Assembly (NCBI RefSeq): GCF_036365525.1
Contig: NW_027140861.1
Span: 124,001-188,000 of the forward strand
Direction: 5' to 3'
From: Heterodontus francisci
Taxonomy: Eukaryota
Length of the DNA stretch: 64,000 nt
Positions 39,886 to 52,486 of the stretch are shown piece after piece (positions within the stretch are counted from its first letter, which is position 1; each line of letters begins with the position of its first letter). A model generated the notes under the pieces. It searched no databases. It was not told the DNA's origin and saw only the letters and a list, made by a program, of their open reading frames with translations. Made by a program: the position numbers and the translations under genes.

Positions 39886-39891
39886 TTTATT
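39886..39891 (-). terminator. Polyadenylation signal AATAAA of the class I gene
   Basis: Minus-strand AATAATAAA followed about 25 nt later by a TGT/GT-rich downstream element (ctgtatctgtgtgttc). Confidence 0.6.
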
Positions 39892-40170
39892 ATTCAATAG
39901 GTACAAATGTAAACTTTAATCCAGTACGTAGAGTGGTACAGAGTGCAATCCCAAACATTTTACATTCCCCACCCTCGGCTCACACAACAGGCCAGTGACA
40001 GACTGGGTTTAGGGAAGTGAAGCTGTTCATTTCATTTAATAAACCACATTCCCGGGAAACACAGGATCCAACCTCAGGCACCAATGAAGACGGACAGTTA
40101 AAAAACAGAAACTTAAACTGATCAGAGAATTAAAACGTCGAACCTCCCAGAGGGAAGAGATAGAAACATA

Positions 40171-40755
40171 GTCAGTGATCTGTGATTGGTCAGTGGCCTG
40201 TCGATCCCTCCCTATAATCAGTGATCTGTGATTGGTCAGTGGCCTGTCGATCCCTCCCTATGCTCAGTGATTTGTGATTGGTCAGTGGCCTGTCGATCCC
40301 TCCCTGTGCTCAGTGATCTATGACCGGTCACCGGCCTGTCGATCCCTCCCTGTGTTCAGTGATCTGTGATTAGTTACGGCCTGTCGATCCCTCCCTGTGC
40401 TCAGTGATCTGTGATTGTTCATCTGCCTGTCGATCCCTCCCTGTGCTCAGTGATTCGTCACCAGCCTGTCGATCCCTCCCTGTGCTCAGTGATCTATGAT
40501 TGGTCACCGGCCTGTCGATCCCTCCCTGTGCTCAGTGATCTATGATTGGTCACCGGCCTGTCGATCCCTCCCTGTGCTCAGTGATCTATGATTGGTCACC
40601 TGCCTGTCGATCCCTCCCTGTGCTCAGTGATCTGTGATTGGTCACCGGCCTGTCGATCCCTCCCTGTGCTCAGTGATCTGTGATTGGTCACGGCCTGTCG
40701 ATCCCTCCCTGTGCTCAGTGATCTGTGATTGGTCACGGCCTGTCGATCCCTTCCC
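40171..40755 (+). repeat. 40-bp minisatellite (~14 units) in the putative class I 3'UTR
   Basis: Unit CTCAGTGATCTGTGATTGGTCACCGGCCTGTCGATCCCTCCCTGTG-like. Confidence 0.95.
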
Positions 40756-41167
40756 TTTACTGGTTTAAATGAACATTTCTCAGATGCAGGAATGCAAGCA
40801 ACAACAGCAATTAGAAATATCTCAATATTAAACTCCAAAATATTCAACTGGAGATTTCTACCAAATTACCAAGCAGAAAATAAACTCAGAATTCCAATAA
40901 ATGATAGATGTATTGTTTCACTATATAAAACACAGCCAAATAAAGATAAAACATCCAGATTGTTTCTAAATGAATCCTCCCAGTGACACAGCCAGTCCAA
41001 TCTCTAGTTCGAGTAATCTTCAATTCGGAATCAACCTGGCAAATGAAAGATGGACAGAATCACATGGAGGCTTCACACCCAGTACAGGAGTTGGAACCCA
41101 GAAAGATCAATGTGGAAACTCTGTTCCTTAGACACTTACTCCATCCCTCTCCCTGGTCACTGTCAGA

Positions 41168-41600
41168 CTGAACCAGATTGTTCACAACCTCAGTGTCCTA
41201 TTTATTCCTGAGCTGAGCTTCCAACACCATAACCTCTCCATCACCAAGATCCCCTCTTGATCCAGCGCAGTAACACTAACCTACTCCATCTCTGCCTCAG
41301 CTCATCTGCTGCCGAAACTCTCATCAATACCTTCATTACCCCCAGACACTGCTGACCAACCTCTCATATTTCATCCTCCATAAACTTCAGGTCATCCAAA
41401 ACTCTGCTGCCCGAATCCTAACTCACACCAAGTCCCATTCACCATCACCCCTGCGTTCTCTATCCTACATAGGTTCCTGGTCCGGTAATGTCTCAAATGA
41501 TTTTAAGGTTCTCATCCTCATTGTCAAATCCCTCCATATCTTCATAACCTCTGTAGCCCCCCAACTTAGAGATCTCTACACACCTCCAATTCTGACCTCT
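41168..41600 (+). mobile_element. Old L2-type LINE fragment
   Basis: Decayed L2 ORF2 3' sequence (ctcatctgctgccgaaactctcatc...atccaaaactctgctgcc...catcacccctg). Confidence 0.65.
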
Positions 41601-42910
41601 TTCTTCCCCCCCTCCCCCCCCAATCCCACTCCCTTTAACACATCATTGGCAGCTGTTCCAGGTGTCATGGGACAGGTTCCCTACAGTCACAGGTAAAGAG
41701 TGCAGTGATATGACTGAACCCAGACTGACCAGCCTGAACCCACAATCCATCCCCTGAAACTTCTCCAGGAGCACCATATCTCAGTGAAGATCGAGTGTCC
41801 CAGCACTGGATCACCAGGCTCACTGCACAATCTATCAGTCTAAGACCCAGGCTCCAAAATGAAGTCTAATCTCTGTCCCCACGTACACAGCACAACTATC
41901 TCCCCCTCTCCAGGTGACAGATCCCATCCTCCTGTATATTAAACAGCTGCAGTGTCTCACTAAGCAGCTGACAGCATCCGGAAGTTTGTTGCTCACCAGA
42001 CCAGCTTTAGAAAGTTCCAGTTCTCCGTGTGATTCATGTCTTTGCTGCCTGGAATATTAACCTGCACAATCCAGTCACACTCCTGGAATCACCTGCTCCC
42101 TTCCCAACATATTGACCTCCCATTGGTCCAAAACAGTTGTACGTTTAATTCATTGGCTCAAGGGAACTGGATGCAGGTCAGGCACATTTAACAGAACAAG
42201 AGAATCCCAGGAGGTTCGTGTTACACCATCAGTGCAGGACCAGGGGTACAAAGTAACAAGACAAGTTCAGAACAAGTCAGCAGTACTTAGACTGGTCTCT
42301 GGATAGAGACGTGGACAGCAGTTAGACATGGGGGAGTGTGAGGAATCATAGCAGTCTGAGCAAGGAGGAGCCAGAGAGGCTGAATGGCCTCCCTGTGGTT
42401 TGTAATATACAAGTATATCTTTGTGATGGGGAAGAGCAGCAATGAATGGTGAAGAGCAGTAGGAGAATGAAAGGAGGTGACTCGAGGTTAAATTGAGGAG
42501 GAAAGCTTCATTCTACCTGACCAGACCTGGGCCTGCTCGATACTGATGGTGGGTTAAAAAAACTGCTCCTTGTCACAAAACCAGCTGATATTGATGGAAC
42601 TCCTGTGTATTAAACCAGAGTTGATCAATGGTAGGCCACGACTATCAGAGTTAGTCACTTTACCATTGGAGCTTGTGTCTCTTACAGACTGGCTCATGAA
42701 ACTCAACTTACACTTTATTTATTTATTTTTATTTCTATTTAGAGATACAGCACTATGTGAGAAATTTATGTAAACAAGTAAAAACACTGCGAGCCAGTGG
42801 TGAAACTCAGTAAAGTCCCTTCCGATACCCTGAGCTCACAGTTACTGCTGTTTATAAACTGCTTTGATGCTAGTTTAGCTGCTGTTAAACTCCAGTGAGT
42901 GATTCATACC

Positions 42911-42957
42911 TCAGGCCAGGGCTGATGAGTTCGAGGATGATTCCACTCCTCTTACAG
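42911..42957 (-). CDS. UAA: MHC class I cytoplasmic exon 7 with stop codon
   Basis: tttttcacag|CT ... PVRGVESSSNSSALA-TGA (42913-42911), then G|gtatga donor 1 nt after the stop. Ser-rich tail typical of class I. Confidence 0.87.
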
Positions 42958-43003
42958 CTGTGAAAAAGAAAGATTTCAGTCACACAGTCACTTTACAACA
43001 TGG

Positions 43004-43209
43004 NNNNNNNNNNNNNNNNNNNNNNNNNNNNNNNNNNNNNNNNNNNNNNNNNNNNNNNNNNNNNNNNNNNNNNNNNNNNNNNNNNNNNNNNNNNNNNNNN
43101 NNNNNNNNNNNNNNNNNNNNNNNNNNNNNNNNNNNNNNNNNNNNNNNNNNNNNNNNNNNNNNNNNNNNNNNNNNNNNNNNNNNNNNNNNNNNNNNNNNNN
43201 NNNNNNNNN
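43004..43209. other. Assembly gap (206 N) in class I intron 6
   Basis: Run of N. Confidence 1.
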
Positions 43210-43347
43210 AGACAAAGTAATGGAGCTATACTGTCTTAACAGACCAGAAATGGCTGTTCAGCCAATCGAGTCCATGCCAGAAAGTTCTGCCTCGAAGACA
43301 AGGCAGCTAACAACTGAACCAGACTATTGTAATATTTGCACACTTAC

Positions 43348-43383
43348 GATTTGCTGAGCTGTAACTGTGTTTATATTCTCCTC
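43348..43383 (-). CDS. UAA: MHC class I cytoplasmic exon 6
   Basis: 36 nt, tctttgtag|GA ... C|gtaagt. GGEYKHSYSSAN contains the YxxA motif typical of class I exon 6. Confidence 0.88.
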
Positions 43384-43542
43384 CTACAAAGATCAGAAAC
43401 AGAACTTCAGTTAACAAAAGCTCCCCCACCCACCCCTCACCCACACAAACTTACTGTAGTCATGGGGGGAATGACCAGCTTAACCTGAGCTCGCTTACAG
43501 GAGACTCTGCTCCTCACTCAACCCTTTACTCTGCATTCAGCC

Positions 43543-44280
43543 CAGTCCCTTCATCCCCTGTACAGGCCCCCCAGTCCCCTCACTCCCTGTAGGGGACCTC
43601 AGTCCCCTGACTCCCCATATGGGCCCTCAGTCACCTCACACCCTGTACGGGACCTCAGTCCCCTCACCCCCTGTACGGGATCTCAGTCCCCTCACTCCCT
43701 GTAGGGGACCTCAGTCCCCTGACTCCCTATATGGGCCCTCAGTCACCTCACACCCTGTACGGGACCTCAGTCACCTCACTCCCTGTACGGGATCTCAGTC
43801 CCCTCACTCCCTGTACGGGACCTCAGTCCTCTCACTCCCTGTACGGGACCTCAGTCACCTCACTCCATGTAAGGGTCCCTCAGTCCCCTGACTCCCCATA
43901 TAGGCCCTCAGTCACCTCACTCCCTGTACGGGACCTCAGTCCCCTGACTCCCGATATGGGCCCTCAGTCACCTCACTCCCTGTACAGGCCCCCAGTCCCC
44001 TCACTCCCTGTACAGGCCCTCAGTCACCTCACTCCCTGTACAGGCCCCCAGTCCCCTCACTCCATGTACGGGACCCCCAGTCCCCTCACTCCGTGTAAGA
44101 GTCCCTCAGTCCCAGCTCCCCATATGGGCCCTCAGTCACCTCACACCCTGTACAGGCCCTCAGTCACCTCACTCCCTGTACAGGCCCCCAGTCACCTCAC
44201 ACCCTGTACAGACCCCCAGTCCCCTCACTCCGTGTAAGAGTCCCTCAGTCCCAGCTCCCCATATGGGCCCTCGGTCCTCT
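43543..44280 (+). repeat. ~28-bp C-rich minisatellite in class I intron 5
   Basis: Unit CAGTCCCCTCACTCCCTGTACGGGACCT and variants. Confidence 0.95.
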
Positions 44281-44438
44281 CACTTCCTGTTCCTCAGCCC
44301 CCTCACGCTCTGTACATCACTGGACTGTGTGTGCATTTCCCACATGTGTAGGAAAGTCTCTAATGCTTTGATATTTGTGCTTTAACATTTTAAAACTGCT
44401 GATACCAGAGAGTGACAGACCCTGCCCTCACTTCCTAC

Positions 44439-44564
44439 CTCTCCTTTTCAACGCAACTGCACCGATGACAACAGCAATCAGAGCGATGGCAGCAACAACA
44501 ATTCCAACAATCAGTCTGATATTTGTTCCCTCTGAAGATCCTACAGTCACTGGGAGCATCCTGG
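44439..44564 (-). CDS. UAA: MHC class I connecting peptide/transmembrane exon (exon 5)
   Basis: 126 nt, acceptor ccccacag|CC, donor G|gtagga. ARMLPVTVGSSEGTNIRLIVGIVVAAIALIAVVIGAVALKRR: hydrophobic helix followed by a basic stop-transfer motif, in phase with alpha3. Confidence 0.9.
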
Positions 44565-44904
44565 CTGTGGGGGGGGGGGAGGGGGGAAATGAGGAGGAGA
44601 TCAATGAATAACCACAATCGCTGCTCATTCAGAAGCAAGTGTACCAAAGCGGGGCCTGAGTTTGAATGAGATTCAAGTCTGTGATGTAATGGGCAGTCTC
44701 TGAGCAGAGCATGTTGTAGGTTAGAAAGGTTCAGCATGACTTGGATTACACTCCTGTGAAGCACTTTGGGATGTTTATCTACATTAAAGGAGATAAATAA
44801 ATGCAGACATTGGAATTCCACATCATTCCAAAGACACTTCCAGTCACCCAAACAAGTGATTAATTCCCACATCAATCTCAGAATAGGCTTGTTGCAGCAT
44901 AGTG

Positions 44905-47900
44905 ATGGGAGGTAGGGAGTTTCTAGGGAAAGGAAAGAGGGGGTGCCATATTGATCAAAGATACTGTTACAGCACTGGAAAGGGGTGACATGCTGGAGGA
45001 TTCAATGTCAGAATCTATTTGGGTAGAGTTAAGGAACAATAGAGGAGCTATTTCATTGCTGGGTGTAAACTATTGGTCACCCCAAATATAGGGAAGGAGG
45101 TCGAGAAGCAAATCTGCAGGTAGATTGCAGAAAGATGTAAGAACTTTAGAATGGTGATAATGGGGGAGTTCAATCATCCTAATATAGACTGGGATAGTAA
45201 CAATGTAAAGGCAAAGGTCAGAAAGGAATTCCTGAAATGTATACAAGAGAACTTTATTGATCATTGTGTTTCCAGTTCAATGTGAAAGGAGGCAGTGTTG
45301 GATCTAGTTCTGGGGAATGAAGTAGGGCAAGTGGAGCATGTTTTAATTGGGGTGCATTTGGGAAACAGTGATCACAATATCATCAGGTTTACAGTAGTTA
45401 TGGAAAATGACATGGAAAAATTGAACATGAAATTACTCAACTGGAGGAGGGCTAATTTCAGTGAGTTGAAAAGCAGTCGATTGGTTTGATAAACATCACT
45501 AAAGAGGGTGCTGCTAATTTCACAGTAGAGGAAGAGGTAGTAGAGAAACTGAATAGAATAAAAATTGATAAAGAGGAGGTAGTTAAAAGGTTGGCAATGC
45601 TGAAAGTAGAAAAGTCACTGAGATTACTGAGGGAATTAAAGGTGGAGATATCGGAGGCTGTGGTCACAATCTTGCAATCCTCCTTCGGTAGTGGGATGGT
45701 GCCAGAGAACTGGAGAGGTTCAAATGTTATACACAGACACACAGACACACAGACACACAGACACACAGACACACAGACACACACACACACACACATACAC
45801 ACACACGGGCAACTACTGTTAGCCTGACTTCAGTGGTGCGAGAATGTTGAGACAACAGGAATAGGAGTAGACCATTCAATCCTTAGAGCCTGTTCTGCCA
45901 TTCAGTGATATTGAGGGTGATCTGTGTCCTAACTCCATATACCTCAATAGATTAGCTAGCAAAAAAATCTATTGACCTCAGATCTGAATTTAATTGAGCT
46001 AGCATTTACTGCTTTTTATGGAACAGAGTTACACACTTCTCCCACCATCTGTTTGAAGAAACGCTTCCTAACTTCTCTCCTGAATGGTCTGGGTCTGATT
46101 TCAATGTTATATCCCCTTTGTCCGAGACTCCACCACCAGCAGAAAAGTTTCTTTCCATCTACCTTACCCTCAATTCCTTCCAAAATCCTGAAAACCTCAA
46201 TCGTCCTTTAACCTTCTCTATCCCAGGGAACACAAGCCTAGTCTGTGTAATCTCTCCTCATAATTAAACCTTTGTAGCCAAGTAACATTCTGTTGAATCT
46301 GTGCTGCACTCCTTCCAAGGCCAGTATATTTATACCTTTCTAAAGATGAGGTGCCCAGAACTGTACACAGTTCTCCAGGTCTGGTCCGAGACAAGGCTTT
46401 CCACCATTTAGAAAATACGCTGATCTACCCTTATTTCATCCAAAATGGATGACTTCACGTTTGCCTGCACGGAAATACATCTGCCACAATTTTGCCCACC
46501 CAAACAATCAATGTCTCTTGTAATTTTATGCTCCTGTCTACTCTGCTTGCTATGCCACTGAACCTGGTGTCATCAGTAAACTTGGATATGTGTCGCTCTA
46601 TTGTGCTTTTTAAGACTTTAAATACTGAATGGTTGAGGCCCCAGCACAGATCCCCGTGAGATACCACTGGTCATTTCCTTCCAATTCATACATACCCATT
46701 ATCCCTACAGTCTGTCTACTGCCAAATCAATTTCCTAATCAGCTCAATAATATGCTTTCAATTCCAAGAGCTTTAAGAAATCTCTTATGTGGAACCTTAT
46801 CGAAAGTCTTCAGCAAGTCCACATAAACTATATCCATAGACATTCCCCTATCCACTACTTTAGTTACTTCCTCAAAAAAATTCAATTTGTTTCATTAGAC
46901 ATGACCTCCCCCTTACAAATCCACATTGGCTCTCTTCAATCAGCTCAAATTTCTCTAAGTACTCAGTCACTCTGTCTTAATGATAGATTCCATAACCTTC
47001 CCCACAACAGATGTTAGACTAACAGATTTATAATTTCTTGGTTTCTCTCTCACCTTTCTTTAATAATGAAGTTATGTATACAATTTTCCAATCGATAGGA
47101 ATAATTCCTGCATCGAGGGAGCTTTGGAAGATTATGGCGAAATTATCTACAATTTCCTCACCTACTTTCTTTAAAACCCAGGGGTGAAACCAACAGGTCC
47201 TGGGCATTTCTCAGTCTCTACAGTCATTTTTCTAAATACTATTTTCCAGCTTACATTGTCATTGGTTCATTATTTGTTTCCCTGCAATGTCAGGTATATT
47301 ATCCTTTCCCATTCCTATGAAGATTGAAGCCTGGAAAAAGTAAAGCAGTAACAGAACAATGGAGAACATTCGGGAAGAGATAGTTCAGACAGAAACATAT
47401 AAACTAGATATGTTCCTTTGAAGGGGAAAGGGCAGAGCATCCAAAGCTAATGTGCCATGGATGACAAAGGAAGTAAAAGTTAAACTAAAGCAGAGAAAAA
47501 AGGAGGCTATGACAGATGTCACTAGCAAGATTCAGTTAATAACCAGGAAGATTATGAAAAGTACAGGAATGTACAAATACACCAATCACTACAGGTTAGC
47601 AAGGCTTTCTTTCTAGAGGAATAGAATTGAAAAGTACTGAAATTATGTTAAACCTGTATCAAACCGCGCGACGTCCCAGTTGCCATATTATAAAAAAAGA
47701 GATAGAAGCACTCAAGAGAGTGAAAGAAGATTTACAAGGACAATACAGGAAATACATGGGTATACATATCAGGAAAGGATGAACAGCTGGGTCTCTTTTC
47801 TCTTTAAAAACAAGGATGAATTGTGACTGAAAAGAGGTCTTTAAAATTTGACAGGATTTCACAGAGTGGATAGAGAGAGAAATTTTCCACTTGTTGGGAA

Positions 47901-48050
47901 GACCATAACAGGAGGAGATCAATAACAGATAGCTACCATGTGAACACAGAATTCGCTATCACAGGGAGTGATTGAAGCAAATAGTATCGATCTATTTAAG
48001 GAGAAACTAGACAAGCATATGAGGGAGAAGGGAATACAGAGTTCCGATGA
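44905..48050. mobile_element. Cluster of CR1 fragments in both orientations, with an (ACAG)/(AC) microsatellite at 45733-45806
   Basis: Endonuclease LDLVLGN...GNSDHN (+); RT HISKFTDDT (-); 3' ends. Confidence 0.8.
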
Positions 48051-48061
48051 CAGATTTTTTT

Positions 48062-48399
48062 TAGTTTAGAGATACAGCACTGAAACAGGCCCTTCGGCCC
48101 ACCGAGTCTGTGCTGACCATCAACCACTCATTTATACTAATCCAACACTAATTCCATTTTCCTACCACATCCCCACCTGTCCCTATATTTCCCTCCCTAT
48201 ACTAGGAGCAATTGCTAATGGCCAATTCACCTGTCAACCTGCAAGTCTTTGGCATGTGGGAGGAAACCGGAGCACCCGGAGGAAACCCACGCAGACACAG
48301 GGAGAACTTGCAAACTCCACAGAGGCAGTACCCAGAATTGAACCCGGGCCGCTGGAGCTGTGAGGCTGTGGTGCTGACCACTGCGCCACTGTGCCGCCC
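48062..48399 (-). mobile_element. HE1-like tRNA-derived V-SINE
   Basis: tRNA head GGGCGGCACAGTGGCGCAGTGG...GGTTCAATTC; V-domain GCGTGGGTTTCCTCCGGGTGCTCCGGTTTCCTCCCAC; CR1-like tail. Confidence 0.9.
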
Positions 48400-48489
48400 T
48401 TTAAATGAGGAAAGATGGGAGGAGGCTTGAGTGGTGCCACCAACATGGACTGGTTGGGCCGAATGGCCAGTTTCTCTACTATTTATCCT

Positions 48490-50840
48490 ATGTAATCTTT
48501 CAATCTTCATTGGATATAGGAGCGCTATTGGAGAACTGGAGGGTTGCTAATGTTATACCACTATTAAAGAAAGGGGAGAGGGATAAACCAGGAAATCACA
48601 GGCCAGTCAGCTGATAATTGGTAGTGGGGAAGTTATTCAAATCCAGTATCAAGGACAAAATTAACTTTCAATTGGAAAGGCATGGGTTAATCAAGAAGAG
48701 CCAGCATGGGTTTGTTAAAGGCAAATTGTGTCTGACCAACTTGATTGAATTCTTTGATGAGGTAACGAAGAAGATTGATCAACATAGTTCAATAGATATA
48801 AAAACAAGAAATGCTGGAACCACTCAGTAGGTCTGGCAGCATCTGTGAAAAGAGAAGCAGAGTTAATGTTTCGGGTCAGTGACCCTTCTTTGGAACTGAC
48901 AAATAGTTCAATAGATGTTGCACATATGGACTTTTGGAAGGCGTTCAGCAAAATGCTGCACAGGAGGCTTATTAAGGAGATGTCAGCCCATGGAACCAAG
49001 GGGATATGAAACTGGCTCAGTGACTGGAAGCAAAGGATGTTGGTAGATGTTTTTCAGATTGGGAAGTGGGGGGCAGTGTTGTTTCCCAAGGGTCAGTTTT
49101 GGGTCCATTACTCTTGGCAACATTTATAAATGGCTTAGGCTTAGGTGTAGGGAACAGCATTATAAAGTTTGCAAATGATAAAACTTTTGGCAAAGTAGTA
49201 TGGAGTAATGAGGATAGGATGAACATGGAGAGACAATATAGAATAAAGGGTACAATTCAGAAGGGGGGGCAGGAGCAGAGGGACCTATGTGTATATGTGC
49301 AAAAGTCATTGAAGGTGGCAGGACAGGTTGAAAGAGAGGTTAATAAAGCATACAGTATCCTGTGCTTTATTAGTAGGGGGGTAGAGTACAAGAGCAAGGA
49401 AGTTGAATTTATATAAGACACTAGTTTGGCCTCAGCTGGAGCATTGCATCCAGTTCTGGTGGCCGCACTTTAGGAAAGATGTGAAGGCATTGGAGAGATT
49501 ACAGAAAGGATTCACGAGAATGGTTCCAGGGATGAAGAACTTCAGTTATGAAGATAGATTGGAGAAGTTAAGACTGTTTTCCTTGGAGAAGAGAAGGCTG
49601 AGAGGTGATTTGATAGAGGTATTCAAAATCATGAGGGGTCTGAACAGAGTAGAGAGAGAGAAACTGTTCCCACTCGTGAAAGGATCGAGAATGAGAGGGC
49701 ACAGATTTCAAGTATTTGGTAAAGTTAAGCAAAAGTGACATGAGGAAAAGCTGTTTCATGCAGCGAGTGGTTATGGTTTAGAATGCACTGCCTGAGAACG
49801 TGGTGGAGGCAGGTTCAATTGAAGCATTCAAAAGGGAATTAGACAGTTATATGACAAGGAAGAATGTGCAGGGTTACAGGGAGAAGGCAGCTGAATGGAA
49901 CTGAGGAAATTGCTCTTTCAGAGAGCCAGTGTAGACAAGATGGACCGAATGGCCTTCTCCTGCACGGTAACGATTCTGTGATTCAATCATTCTAGGCTTC
50001 AGGGTGACAGGATGGTGAAATGGACAAAGACATGGCAGGTGAAGTTCAATGTAGGGAAGTGTGAAGTGATGCACTTTGGAAGGACTAATGTTGAAAGAAT
50101 GTAGATGATATTTTGAAAAGTGTAGATGAATAAAGAGACCTTGGTTTCCAAATGCACAAATCCTTAAAGATGGCACAGCAAGTTGATAAGGTGGTTGTAA
50201 AAGTATATGGGTTACATGGATTTATAAATCGAGGTACAGAATATAAAAGTAAAGAGATCATGCTAGAACTTTATAAATCACTGGTTAGGCCTCGGTTGGA
50301 GTATTGTGGACAATTCCGGCCACCACACTTCCGAAAAGATGTAAAGGCCTTAGAAAGGGCACAGAGGAGGTTTATCAGGATGTTAACAGAGATAACAGAC
50401 TATAGTTATGAGGAGAGGTTGGAAAAGTTAGGACTGTTCCCCTTGGAATAGAGAAGGTTAGGAGGTGACCTAATAGATTTTTTTCAAGATGATGAGCAGT
50501 TTTGCTAAGGTAAAGAGAGGAAAGTTATTCCCTCCGGTGAGTGGGTCAATAACCAGAGGTTATAGATTTAAAATCATTGGTAAAAGATAGAGAGGGGAAA
50601 TGAGGATTTTATTTTACTCAGCTGTCGGGATCTGGAATGTTCTACCTGAAAAGAAGTGGAAGCTGATTCCAGAAACAATTTTAAACAGGGTGTTGTACAG
50701 ATATTTGAGGATGATGAGCTGACACATTTAGGGACAAAAAGCAGACACATGGCACTAAGAATGACTACTCATCCCAAGAGCCAGCATAGGCTCGATGGGC
50801 CAAATGGCCTCCTACTGTGCTGTAGGGTTCTATGATTCAA
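48490..50840 (+). mobile_element. Tandem CR1 ORF2/3' fragments
   Basis: SQHGFVKGK.CLTNLIEFF, LYKTLVWPQLEHC, LYKSLVRPRLEYC. Confidence 0.9.
48798..48902 (-). mobile_element. Short hammerhead-motif retroelement, copy C, inserted in CR1
   Basis: AGTT-CCAAAGA-A-GGGTC-ACT-GACCC-GAAACATT-AACT; 14-bp TSD ATAGTTCAATAGAT at 48784-48797 and 48903-48916. Confidence 0.75.
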
Positions 50841-50857
50841 TGACACGAAGTTCCAAC

Positions 50858-51080
50858 AAAATAAAACACTGCAGATGCTGGAAATCTGAAATAAAAACAT
50901 AACATTCTAGAAATACTCAGCAGGTCAGGCAGCATCTATGATGTGAGCAACAGAGTTAATGTTTCAGGTCAATACCACTTTGTCAGAATGGAGGTCACTG
51001 ATCTGAAAGGTTAACACTATTGCTCTCTGTACAGATGCTACCTGACCTGCTGAGTATTTCCAACATTGTCTGTTTTTATT
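50858..51080. repeat. Inverted pair of the same short element (hairpin)
   Basis: Arm 50890-50975 is the reverse complement of arm 50995-51080, with mismatches. Confidence 0.8.
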
Positions 51081-51899
51081 GTATTATTCTAAAAGTCCTA
51101 CCCTTTCCTTATTCACATTTGCAGTATGACCGCAATGATTTTTAAAGGGCCACATGGGCCTTTTGCTTCTGACATAATTGTAAAAGCTTTGTGTTAATCT
51201 TGATACCCTCATAAATGTCTGTTGATATTTCTGCTCTTACTGTATGTTCTTTCGCTCTCTCCCAGTCCACTCGATCTATACTATGCTTTGCTTTATCCTT
51301 TAGTTTTAGGTTACCTTTCACTTCTTCTCAAGTAGACCTCTCGGCCCTTCTCGTTTCTGTATTAAGCTAAATTCTTTTCTGAACACCTCCCACTGTTCAT
51401 CTGTAGTTTTACCCAATAACAGTTTTGTTCAGTTTGCGGTCATCAGTCTCTGTCTCATCCTATTAAAAGTTAGCCTTACCAAATTCGAGGATCTTCATAA
51501 CAGTATTATGTTTTTCCTTTTCAAACATGTCAGGCTCGCAGTTAAGTAAATGTTCCCTTACCGTTAGATTAACTATGTCTGGCTCACTACTAGATCTAGT
51601 GTGGCCTGCCTGTTTGTTGGTTCCAGAAAACTATGTTGAATGCAGTCAAGAAATTCACAAGCTTTCTGACTTGAGCTACTCTGTTCTTCCCAATCTATAT
51701 GGGAATTAAAGTCTCCCATTAAAACATCTCTTCATTGACTACAAGTCTCTTTGATCTCTGAATTAACAGCTATGCAGTGGAAGAATGTATTATCAGGATG
51801 CCTGTAGCCAACTCCCATTACAATTCTTATCACAGTCTCCATTGATTGCTTTCACTTACCTCGATCCTCTCTTGTTAATGTTGTAACAATCTGGGACAA

Positions 51900-52460
51900 A
51901 CTTAATGTCAGGTGGAAAAACATGGGTTAATAAATTGAAAGCGAGCACAGAATTGTCAAAGGCAAACTTGTCAAACTTGATCAAGTTCTCTGATGAATAG
52001 ACGGACAGTGTTGATGAGGGTAGTGTGCTGTATGTTGTGTATATGGGCTTTCAGAAGGCATTTGATAAAGTGCCACAAAATAGACTTACTAGTAAAATTG
52101 AAGCCAATGGGATAAGAGGGACAGTGTCAGAGTGGATATGGAATTGGATCAGGGACAGAAATCAGAGAGGAATGGTGAATGATTATTTTTCAGACTGGAA
52201 GGAAGTAGAAAGTGAAGGATTGGTATGAGGATCACATCTCTTTTTGATATATATTAATGATCTGGACTTGGGTATAAGGGCATAAATTCAAGGTGTGCAA
52301 TGACACAAAACTCAGAAATGCAGTAACCAATGAAGAGGATTAGAACAGATTTCAGGAGGACATAGACAGACTGGTGAAATGGGCAGACACGTGACAAATG
52401 CAGTTTAATGCAGAGAAGTGTTAGGTGATTGATTTTGGAAGGCAGAATGAGGAGAGGTGA
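51900..52460 (+). mobile_element. CR1 RT fragment abutting the alpha3 donor
   Basis: VYMGFQKAFDKVPQNRL. Confidence 0.85.
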
Positions 52461-52486
52461 TTCTAAACAGTCACTGTTCCTCTTAC

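Larger units (their letters stand above)
39870..42298 (-). other. Probable terminal 3'UTR exon of the class I gene
   Basis: Branch point CTAAC plus pyrimidine tract plus ccag acceptor at 42300-42299; ends at AATAAA (39891-39886) followed by GT-rich sequence. Boundaries are inferred. Confidence 0.55.

Noticed and set aside
42960-43239. ORFs containing X runs
   Set aside because: They span the N gap.
43619-44237. Pro/Ser-rich mucin-like ORFs
   Set aside because: Translation of the intron-5 minisatellite on the non-coding strand.
48330-48399. tRNA gene
   Set aside because: It is the tRNA-derived head of a V-SINE, continuing into the V-domain and LINE-like tail; the same applies at 59097.
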